Origin: Candidatus Heimdallarchaeota archaeon
Lineage (GTDB): Archaea; Asgardarchaeota; Heimdallarchaeia; Heimdallarchaeales; Heimdallarchaeaceae
DNA length: 16,024 bases
Direction: 5' to 3'
Assembly (NCBI GenBank): GCA_030668825.1
Contig: DAOVET010000054.1
Span: 1 to 16,024, forward strand
A model generated the notes under the pieces. The model worked only from the letters and a program-made list of their open reading frames with translations, searched no databases and was not told where the DNA came from. How positions within the stretch are numbered: position 1 is the stretch's first letter; every line of letters begins with the position of its first letter. Below are positions 1 through 7,159 of this stretch, one piece after another. The translations under genes and the position numbers were made by a program.

Positions 1-2
1 AA

Positions 3-569
3 AATCTCAAGAGTAACTATCAAACAGTAATTGGTTTAGGTATCTCTTTGGGTGCTGGAACCATTTTCGATTTTTTAGTAAACAAAGGAGGAAATCTAGA
101 TGCTGCCATATTACTTGGTACTGGAGGATTTGCGGCTAAAGAATTAGGTCTACTTACATGGTTAGTACGAATTTTCAACCTAAAAACTATGAGAAACCCT
201 TTCATCAACGAATTTGATAAACTTCTTGTTCCTTTGGAGTATTATAATTGGAAGATGAAAAATTTCCCCAAAGTTCCAGTCAAAATGCTTATGAAAGCTC
301 TCTATAAGCAAAAGAAGGAAGGATTATCACAAAAATTTGGGAGAATCCATTGTCCAATAATGTTAGTAAATGGTACTAGTGGATTACTAACTAATAGAAA
401 ATCAATTGCTCAATATTTCAAAGATATTCCATCAAAGAAGAAGTACGGGTTACTAGTGGAGGGTGCTACCCATGCTGTACACAAATCTAAATTCAATAAA
501 GAAATTTTAGCGCATATAATTGAATTCATAACCGGTGTTCTGGAATCTCAAGAAATTCCCAAGAAGTAG
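3..569 (+). CDS. Alpha/beta-fold hydrolase (esterase-like), 5'-truncated by the window edge
   Basis: The frame is open from position 3 (NLKSNYQTVIGLGISLGAGT), giving a GxSxG nucleophile elbow (GISLG). The C-terminal 'CPIMLVNGTSGLLT' and 'LLVEGATHAVH' match the acid and His loops. The ORF-track start at 48 is internal. Confidence 0.8.
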   Translation, partial: NLKSNYQTVIGLGISLGAGTIFDFLVNKGGNLDAAILLGTGGFAAKELGLLTWLVRIFNLKTMRNPFINEFDKLLVPLEYYNWKMKNFPKVPVKMLMKALYKQKKEGLSQKFGRIHCPIMLVNGTSGLLTNRKSIAQYFKDIPSKKKYGLLVEGATHAVHKSKFNKEILAHIIEFITGVLESQEIPKK

Positions 570-757
570 GGCTATATCTTTTCAATATTGGTGCAGGTGT
601 TCTCTTAGAATCAGGATTTATTCTATTGTTCTCAGCTTTATTGATAATTCTTAACAACTATAGAATCAAATCTCAAGAACGTTTGTGTTTAGTAAAATAT
701 GGAAACAACTATAAACATTATATGGAAAAACATCCACGTTATTTCCTCTTTTTCTGA
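542..757 (+). pseudogene. C-terminal remnant of an isoprenylcysteine carboxylmethyltransferase/PEMT-family membrane methyltransferase
   Basis: Hand translation from 542: GISRNSQEVGLYLFNIGAGVLLESGFILLFSALLIILNNYRIKSQERLCLVKYGNNYKHYMEKHPRYFLFF*. This matches the family pattern SR[NH]P..G-TM-EE..C..[KR]YG..Y..Y...[TV]PRY. There is no start codon, an in-frame TGA lies at 521-523, and it overlaps the end of the hydrolase. Confidence 0.7.
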
Positions 758-762
758 TAGTC

Positions 763-1371
763 TCAGATAGTTTCGTTTTTTTGGAATACTATACAATATA
801 TTTTAAAAATAAATTGTCTTGCTTTCTCTTCATAAATAATTTTAAAATTATTTTCTTCAAGAAATTCTGTTATATCCTTTGCTGAATAAAGCCCAAATTT
901 TCTAGAAAGGGGTTTGAAGATTTTAACGAGGTTTTTTGAGTAAGTTAAATCATGAAAGATGTAGTACCCCTTTTGTTTTAAAACTCTATTTATCTCACTT
1001 AGAGCTTCAGTCCACATAGGAATATGATGTAGGACAAATGTTGAAACTGCAAGGTCATACTTCTGATTTTCGCTAAACTTAAGTTTAGTAGCATCTGCTA
1101 CCATAAATTGTAAATTCTCCTTTTCCTCTTGATGTTCTTTTGCTAGCTTTATTTGTTCTGGATCAATATCTATCCCTAAAACATCCATATCATACTTCTT
1201 ATTCAGGTGTGCAGCAAGTATCCCGACTCCACAACCTATCTCTAGCACATTTTCAATACTATTTATATCGAATTTCTTAACCAATCTCTCAAATAGGTCT
1301 ATGTTCCTCAAGCCATGCTTTTTACTATTAACAAACTTCTTTTCCATTTTAGTAATTTTCAATAGAATCAA
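763..1371 (-). CDS. Class I SAM-dependent methyltransferase
   Basis: Motif I VLEIGCGVG, post-I GIDID, ADATKL, 'YDLAVSTFVLHH', 'EINRVLKQKG'. The start may be a few codons downstream. Confidence 0.9.
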   Translation of the reverse strand: MILLKITKMEKKFVNSKKHGLRNIDLFERLVKKFDINSIENVLEIGCGVGILAAHLNKKYDMDVLGIDIDPEQIKLAKEHQEEKENLQFMVADATKLKFSENQKYDLAVSTFVLHHIPMWTEALSEINRVLKQKGYYIFHDLTYSKNLVKIFKPLSRKFGLYSAKDITEFLEENNFKIIYEEKARQFIFKIYCIVFQKNETI

Positions 1372-1471
1372 ATTATTATTTCTCTAGAGACTATATAAAA
1401 ATATGCAAATTGCATTCAGAGTATTTTCTCTTTAGTAATCCACAGTAGAAATTTTTAACGCGATTTTTAAG

Positions 1472-1915
1472 TTGAGTTTGATGAAAAAAGAAATCTTAAA
1501 AAAAGCAGTTATAGACTCACAAAAGAAAAGAATCACCCCCCTTAAAGACATTTCTAAATTCCCAGAATCTGTTCATCGATACTTACGATATTCAATAGAG
1601 AAAGGAAAAGAAGCTGTTTGTTATGCAAAACTTGTTCATAGAGGAGAGTTTAGAACCTCTCCTACTCAACCCTGGTTCCCTATCAAAAGGTTTTATCATT
1701 ATCTAGCTTATTAACCTTCGTTTTACTGGAAAGGAGTAATTAAACCACTTCAAATTTTAGTTATTTCAGCAAAGGATTATTATTTTAGAGGAAAAGGGGA
1801 AATGAAGGTCAAACTTAATTCACTTATTCGTATTGTAAAGGCTTCTGGACCTGAAATCGATGAAGCATCATTAATGAGGTTTGTCACTGAGTCCATACCC
1901 CTGCAGATCAATTAG
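1472..1915 (+). pseudogene. DUF6544-like protein pseudogene (internal stop, 3'-truncated)
   Basis: 'FPESVHRYLRYSI...HRGEFR...WFPI' continues in frame past TAA 1712-1714 as PSFYWKG...SAKDYYFRGKGEMKVKL...SGPEIDEASLMRFVTE. Family similarity is lost at about 1891. Family recognised from remembered motifs. Confidence 0.7.
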
Positions 1916-2068
1916 AATAAGCTTATAGTTTTCTTTTAATGAATCTACATACCCATACTCATTCCATTCCTCAAGATCATCCTAGAAACCATGAAGCAAA
2001 ACAAATGGAGGTCCCTCTCCTTCAATTCTGTAATGAACCTTAATTCCATCATTATCAGCAAATGGCAT
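1871..2068 (-). pseudogene. N-terminal remnant of an alpha/beta hydrolase
   Basis: Minus-strand translation MPFADNDGIKVHYRIEGEGPPFVLLHGF*DDLEEWNEYGYVDSLKENYKLILIDLQGYGLSDKPH* shows the classic 'G.GPP..LLHG' and 'D..G.G.SDKP' motifs. It has an internal TAG at 1982-1984 and stops before the nucleophile elbow. Absent from the ORF track. Confidence 0.8.
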
Positions 2069-2206
2069 AAATAGAACAATAAACTATTCTCTATTAAATC
2101 TTATTAAGGCTAGTTTTGATTCTCTTTTTCCTTAATAAAATAAGAATCAGAGATGTTGCAGGTAATTATGCTTAAAGCAATGAAACAAAAAAAATAAAAG
2201 AAGAGA

Positions 2207-3154
2207 TTATTTCTTCTTCCTTCTTGCAATGACCCAAAATGTTGTTAATCCTAAGACAGCTAATAGTGGTTCAAGGAATGTAAGTCCTAGAGTAATAGTT
2301 TTTCCTGAACTAGATTTTTCGATAGCTATTTTCATATGGAGCGATGTTCTTACTCCTCCAATATTTATCTTGTAACTTAGTTCGTAAAGAAGACTATTAA
2401 CTAGTCCCTTGTTAGTATCTATATCTACATAGTACTTCGAATTTCCATGAATATTCCAAGCAATCTCAGTTAAAGTAACTCCTTCAAAATAATCTTGGTT
2501 TGTAACATTTAATTTGAAAATTCCGTCAATATATGAGACCTCTACAACCTTATTTGGAAGTACAGGGTTCAAAGTAGGATCTTCACTACCTGAATCATCT
2601 GCCGCTAAGTTAAAGATAGATGTACTATTAACTTGAGCTTTTACTTCTTCATAGAATGTTGTATTAGATGTAGCAAAAATTGGTAAGCCCATAATGAAGC
2701 TGTAATTTGATGTGTCAGGTACATTAACAACTATACCAGAAGGATCTTCAGGGTTAAATCCTAGTACTAACATAGAATAAAGAAACTCGATGCTGATGAA
2801 AGTGGAATACCACATGTCAAGAACAGTTTGAGCTTGGAAATCCTGCTCTCCTATAGATTCTGTAACATTAAGAATCGTGGTTTCATAAGGAAGACCGGGA
2901 TTATACATATCATTTGAGTCAAAAATCGCATCAACCGTTACTGTAATCTGGTTGTTTACAATCCCCTCACCTGTTTCTTCAGCTTGAACTACATTATTCT
3001 CTTCATACCAGAAATAAATTTTGGAAATTACGTATTTAAAAGAATCTCCAACTTCTACTTCAACAAAAGGATAAACAGCTGTAGTGAAAGGAGTTGAAGT
3101 GAGAATTGCTAGAAGGGATAATCCTGCTAGAAAAACTGTAAGTTCTTTTTTCAT
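2207..3154 (-). CDS. Secreted/surface protein with N-terminal signal peptide and C-terminal TM anchor plus basic tail (choice-of-anchor-S-like, Asgard type)
   Basis: MKKELTVFLAGLSLLAILTS signal peptide; 'VEVGDSFKY' near the mature N-terminus; several N-x-S/T sequons; C-terminal GLTFLEPLLAVLGLTTFWVIARRKKK. Confidence 0.7.
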   Translation of the reverse strand: MKKELTVFLAGLSLLAILTSTPFTTAVYPFVEVEVGDSFKYVISKIYFWYEENNVVQAEETGEGIVNNQITVTVDAIFDSNDMYNPGLPYETTILNVTESIGEQDFQAQTVLDMWYSTFISIEFLYSMLVLGFNPEDPSGIVVNVPDTSNYSFIMGLPIFATSNTTFYEEVKAQVNSTSIFNLAADDSGSEDPTLNPVLPNKVVEVSYIDGIFKLNVTNQDYFEGVTLTEIAWNIHGNSKYYVDIDTNKGLVNSLLYELSYKINIGGVRTSLHMKIAIEKSSSGKTITLGLTFLEPLLAVLGLTTFWVIARRKKK

Positions 3155-3257
3155 ATAATTTACACCTCTTAGATGGTCTAAAGGTACTAATGTTCAAAGT
3201 ATTATTTAACAATTCAGTTAGAAAAAAACAGAATTTCTACGTTGTATATGAAGTAAA

Positions 3258-3719
3258 CTATATTAATTGCTCAAAATCTAAAAGCCATTTTTTCTTCTCC
3301 AATCCTCCTCCATACCCTACGAGCTTACCAGTTTTACCAACTACTCTGTGACAGGGAATGAAGATACAGATAGGATTCTGCCCGTTAGCATTACCAACAG
3401 CTCTTACAGCTGCTATATTTCCAATTTTAGAAGCAAGCTCACTATAGGAGATAACACTACCAAATGGTATCTCAAGAAGTTTCATCCAAACCTTTTCTTG
3501 AAATTCTGTTCCAGAGGGAAACAATGTAAGATTAAACTCTTTTCTCTTGCCTGTAAAATACTCATCTAGCTGGACTAAGGCTTGCTTTAGAATTTTAGGA
3601 ATAGTTTTTGACTGGGTTTCCTTTTCTTTAAAATTACATGCTAGAATGCTGTTTTGGTCACTTATTATCTCTAAATTCCCAAGTGGTGAAGCATAATTGG
3701 CAACAAATTTTTCTGGCAT
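3258..3719 (-). CDS. ogt: Methylated-DNA--protein-cysteine S-methyltransferase
   Basis: GTEFQEKVW, IPFG..ISY, RAVGNANGQNP, active-site PCHRV, GYGGG. Confidence 0.95.
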   Translation of the reverse strand: MPEKFVANYASPLGNLEIISDQNSILACNFKEKETQSKTIPKILKQALVQLDEYFTGKRKEFNLTLFPSGTEFQEKVWMKLLEIPFGSVISYSELASKIGNIAAVRAVGNANGQNPICIFIPCHRVVGKTGKLVGYGGGLEKKKWLLDFEQLI

Positions 3720-3798
3720 TAAATCTCCTCAGTAGACATTAGTTCAAGGGAAAGTTTATTAAACTACACAATAAATATTTTTCTTGGTGAAATAAAAG

Positions 3799-4032
3799 AT
3801 GGCTTCCGCTTATGTTTTAATAAATTGCGAGATTGGTGAAGAGAGCAGCGTTATGTCCCAGCTAAAAGAAATGCCCAATGTTGTAGAAGTACACATTGTT
3901 TATGGTGTTTACGATTTAATTGCAAAAATTGAAGCAGACGATACTGATTCTTTAAAGAAAATCGTTACTGAGAATCTTAGGATCTTGGAGAGAGTTCGTT
4001 CAACTATGACCATGATTTGTGTCGATCAGTAA
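3799..4032 (+). CDS. Stand-alone Lrp/AsnC ligand-binding (RAM) domain protein
   Basis: 77 aa; AYVLIN, 'V.EVHIVYGVYDLIAKIEA', 'VRSTMTMI'; no HTH. Confidence 0.9.
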   Translation: MASAYVLINCEIGEESSVMSQLKEMPNVVEVHIVYGVYDLIAKIEADDTDSLKKIVTENLRILERVRSTMTMICVDQ

Positions 4033-4154
4033 ATTCACTCTTCTATCCTTTTTTACTTTTATTCCTTCTCAATAAACTTATAATATCTTTTTGTTATCTT
4101 GTCACCTTAAAAGGATGAGAAATATACTTAAAATGCTCTTTTGTGCGCGTATTT

Positions 4155-4168
4155 CAAGGGTTTTTATA
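4155..4168 (+). promoter_or_regulatory. Archaeal BRE/TATA promoter of tnpB copy 1 (probably leaderless)
   Basis: CAAGGG-TTTTTATA; the TATA 3' end (4168) is offset 23 nt from ATG 4191. Copy 2 has the same motif at the same spacing. Confidence 0.65.
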
Positions 4169-4190
4169 CTTAAGTCTAGCTGAACTTATG

Positions 4191-5435
4191 ATGACTACAG
4201 TTTTACGTGTGGAATGTATAGAAGTAAGTTATCATCCAGTGTTAAGCAAGCTTTGTCATCAAGTTAAGAATCTCTATAATCGAGCAAATTTTCTAGTAAA
4301 AACTTCATTGAAAAAGGACAACAAGCTCCTCTTTTACTATGACCTCAATACTCTACTAAACCATGAAGAATGTTATAAAAGTCTCCCTGCTCATACAGCC
4401 CAACATACCCTTAAACTCCTGTGTAGAAATTGGAAAGGGTATTTTACAGCTAAAAAGGAGTGGATACAGAATCCTGAAATGTTCTTCGCTATGCCCCAAT
4501 CACCTGGATATAAAGCTAAGGATGGGGAAGTGGTAGCGATTTTCTCCAACCAACAAGCAAGAATAGTCAATGGGTGGCTGGTTCTACCTAGAAAAGTGGG
4601 ATTTTATTGCAAAACACGTCTTAGTCCCCTTGCTAAACTAAGAGAAGTGAGGATCGTACCACGAAGAGTAGGGTATACAATTGAACTCGTCTATCAGAAG
4701 ACTTTACCTAAACTTAGGAAACGAACCAAAAGAAAAGGAGCAATCGATTTAGGGATGGTCAACCTAGTAACCTTTGTGGATAACCTTGGATCTCAACCGA
4801 TTGTTATCAAGGACACGGGGAAAGGAATAAAATCAATTACACAACATCATCTAAAAAAACAAACACAATTACGAGAACAATATGTACAACAGCAACGAAA
4901 ACAGCTGAAAGCTAAGAACAAACTTGAGTATGGTCCTGCATATTATAAACTCAGAGAAAAATGGAGAAAGAAAATGAAGGATGAAATACACAAATTAACT
5001 AGATATTTAGTAGACTTGTGGGTAGAAAGAGAGTTACATGAGGTTATCATAGGCTATAATCAGAAGTGGAAACAAGGGGTGCATTTTTGGAAGAAGATCA
5101 CCCAGATGTTTGTTGCTATTCCCGATATGCAAATCATCAACATATTGAGGTACAAGGCTGCGGAGAAGGGGATAAACGTTGAGCTCATTCCTGAAGAGTA
5201 TACCTCTAAATGTAGTTTTCTAGATAATGAATTTCCAGAAAAGAGAAAGAAGTATGCAGGACGAAGAGTAACTCGAGGGTTATTTCGTTCTGCTCAAGGG
5301 TTTCTCATTAATGCTGATGTCAATGCAGCATACAATATTTTAATCAAAAGCGATCCGAAAGCGCTTCCTAAACGAAGTGTGAACGGGGTAGGAGGATACG
5401 TGATGTATCCACTTAGAGTGAGTTTTCAACCATGA
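4191..5435 (+). CDS. tnpB: RNA-guided endonuclease TnpB (rearranged RuvC-II type)
   Basis: KNLYN.AN, RuvC-I GAIDLG, IIGYN..WKQ, EEYTSKCSFLD, RGLF, RuvC-III NADVNAAYNI. The start is set to 4191 by alignment with copy 2 (MTTVLRVEC vs MVEVLRVEC) and by TATA spacing. Confidence 0.95.
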   Translation: MTTVLRVECIEVSYHPVLSKLCHQVKNLYNRANFLVKTSLKKDNKLLFYYDLNTLLNHEECYKSLPAHTAQHTLKLLCRNWKGYFTAKKEWIQNPEMFFAMPQSPGYKAKDGEVVAIFSNQQARIVNGWLVLPRKVGFYCKTRLSPLAKLREVRIVPRRVGYTIELVYQKTLPKLRKRTKRKGAIDLGMVNLVTFVDNLGSQPIVIKDTGKGIKSITQHHLKKQTQLREQYVQQQRKQLKAKNKLEYGPAYYKLREKWRKKMKDEIHKLTRYLVDLWVERELHEVIIGYNQKWKQGVHFWKKITQMFVAIPDMQIINILRYKAAEKGINVELIPEEYTSKCSFLDNEFPEKRKKYAGRRVTRGLFRSAQGFLINADVNAAYNILIKSDPKALPKRSVNGVGGYVMYPLRVSFQP

Positions 5436-5516
5436 CCTCTAAGAAAGATGTTCAACTCATTCTTGTCTAGACGACAAGGAGACAACAACTCATCATAATT
5501 GTTTAATTATTGTTTT
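5345..5516 (+). ncRNA. Putative omegaRNA (reRNA) of tnpB copy 1: scaffold about 5345-5496, guide about 5497-5516
   Basis: Stems GCGCTTC/GAAGTGT, GGATAC/GTATCC (loop GTGAT 5400-5404, complementary to terminal ATCAT 5492-5496), CTTAGAG/CTCTAAG and CTTGTC/GACAAG. A 30-nt block is identical to copy 2. The 5' end is approximate. Confidence 0.75.
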
Positions 5517-5523
5517 TATTTGA

Positions 5524-5626
5524 TAACAATGTTACTCCTTAATCGCACTATTTAGCTACATGCGAGTGGACCTCGCGCTATAAAATTTGTATTATATTGT
5601 TTAGTAGCGAGTAGTTTACATTGTTA
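5524..5626. repeat. About 100-bp inverted-repeat-bounded structured element (MITE-like or ncRNA)
   Basis: Perfect 9-bp IR TAACAATGT (5524-5532)/ACATTGTTA (5618-5626); inner TCGC-ACTA/TAGTAGCGA, TAGC/GCTA and the hairpin GCGAG-TGGAC-CTCGC (5562-5576). Confidence 0.45.
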
Positions 5627-5777
5627 AAGAATTTTTCAAACATCTTTGAATAAATCAAAATCATTCCTGATTTCTTCTATTAGAAAACCTCTTTCTTTGT
5701 TTTTGTTACTAATTATGAACGAAACTTGAACTTAAACTAAGAAAAATTAAAGTAAATGAAAAACAGAAGGTGATAAG

Positions 5778-6761
5778 ATGAGTAATTATACAAAACTCAA
5801 ATGGTATAGATTCAATATAGCTAGAAGAATATGGAATCTTGAAGGCGAACAGTTAATAGCTGAATTAGAGGTGATCATCCAAGATATCCGTAATAAGAAA
5901 TTGGATAAAATGGGCATTTTCAAACTTCAAATTGAAGAATTGGAGAACATGATCTCTCAAGCTAAAGCTAAACCTAAGGTTAAAGGTAGGGATCACGACC
6001 CCTTTCATATTCCCTATTCTGGTGATGGTAGAATAGCTTTGTTTGGACTTTCAAATGTTGGCAAAAGCACACTGATGAACGCTATAACAAATACTGATGT
6101 TAAGGTTGGAGCCTATCTTCATACAACAAGGGAGGCTCTTGCTGGAACATTAGAATATGAAGATTTGAAGATACAGATTATAGATCTCCCTGGTTTCCTC
6201 GATTTCAGAGAAGATTGGGCTATCAGCAAACAAATCGTAAGAGTGGCGAGAACAAGTGATGCTATCTTAATGGTAATAGATTTATCAATGGATATTGATA
6301 GGCAGCTGAATTTTCTATTAAAACAGCTTGAAGATGCTAAGCTGATAATTGATGGTCAAACCTCTTACAAACTAGGTATCATAGCTACAAAAGGAGATCT
6401 TCCTAGGTCTAAGGAAAAATACGAAGAATTGATGAGTAAAACCAATCTCCCAGTTCATCCGATAACTATCAAATCAGAAGAAACACTCGAGGATTTAAAG
6501 AAAATGCTCTTTGAGCAGCTTGATGTAATTAGAGTATATACAAAGAAACCTGGTCAGAAAGCTGATCTCGAACAACCCTTTGTTATTTATGAAGGGTCAA
6601 CTGTTGCTGATGTTGCCAAGAAGATCCATACCAGTTTTATTAACAGATTTAGATTTGCTAGAGTTTGGGGAAAATCAGGTGAGTTCGAAGGACAACAAGT
6701 AGGTCTAGAACATGAACTAGCTGACAAAGATATCCTTGAGATAATTGTTGAGAGAAGATGA
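5778..6761 (+). CDS. OBG/DRG-family GTPase with C-terminal TGS domain
   Basis: G1 GLSNVGKST, G2 YLHTT, G3 DLPG, G4 TKGD; TGS 'IRVYTKKPG...GSTVADVAKKIH...ARVWGKS..F.GQQVGLEHEL.D.DILEI'. AAGGTGA precedes the ATG. Confidence 0.92.
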   Translation: MSNYTKLKWYRFNIARRIWNLEGEQLIAELEVIIQDIRNKKLDKMGIFKLQIEELENMISQAKAKPKVKGRDHDPFHIPYSGDGRIALFGLSNVGKSTLMNAITNTDVKVGAYLHTTREALAGTLEYEDLKIQIIDLPGFLDFREDWAISKQIVRVARTSDAILMVIDLSMDIDRQLNFLLKQLEDAKLIIDGQTSYKLGIIATKGDLPRSKEKYEELMSKTNLPVHPITIKSEETLEDLKKMLFEQLDVIRVYTKKPGQKADLEQPFVIYEGSTVADVAKKIHTSFINRFRFARVWGKSGEFEGQQVGLEHELADKDILEIIVERR

Positions 6762-6779
6762 TTTTCTCCAACTTTTTTT

Positions 6780-7061
6780 TTAAAAAACCAATTTTAAGTC
6801 ACAACTATTACAGAATATATGTCCTACTGGATCATTGATACCGATATTCTGTTTTCTATTAAGAGCTGTTTCTAGTGTTTTTTCGAAACATTCTGGGCAT
6901 CGTACTTGCGAAAAATCTGTACTTCTTTCAAAACATGAACTACATTGATACATAACTGCTCTTTCCAACATTTCAGCTGCTACTGCTCTCATGGGATTAA
7001 TAGCATCGACATATACATCTATCTCCCCCCCCCACAATTCAGGACACTCCATTGCTTTCAT
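6780..7061 (-). CDS. Small zinc-finger protein
   Basis: CSSC, CPEC and CNSC knuckles, plus a degenerate N-terminal knuckle (CPELWGG). Confidence 0.65.
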   Translation of the reverse strand: MKAMECPELWGGEIDVYVDAINPMRAVAAEMLERAVMYQCSSCFERSTDFSQVRCPECFEKTLETALNRKQNIGINDPVGHIFCNSCDLKLVF

Positions 7062-7159
7062 TGTTTTTCTACTTTTACTCTCTGTTTTAAACCTTCAGCT
7101 AGCAAAGATATCTTTTTGTGCACACCTTTTAAAAGTCAAATAATATATGTTTAGTAGAT

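Larger units (their letters stand above)
4151..5496 (+). mobile_element. IS200/IS605-family solo tnpB (IS1341-like) element, copy 1
   Basis: Non-coding flanks are homologous to copy 2 from about 4151 to CATCAT at 5491-5496. Subterminal hairpin CTTGTC/GACAAG at 5462-5478; no tnpA. The left boundary is uncertain. Confidence 0.75.

Noticed and set aside
1982-1984. Pyrrolysine or other readthrough of the in-frame TAG
   Set aside because: The gene is also truncated, and neighbouring remnants have TAA stops, consistent with decay.
4143-4190. N-terminal extensions in the ORF track (tnpB from 4143; likewise 14639-14734)
   Set aside because: They run through TATA boxes; the downstream ATGs fit promoter spacing and, for tnpB, the paralogue alignment.
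5436-5777. CRISPR array (Cas12f-like locus) or tRNA next to tnpB
   Set aside because: No repeat-spacer periodicity, no cas genes, and no cloverleaf or T-loop motif.
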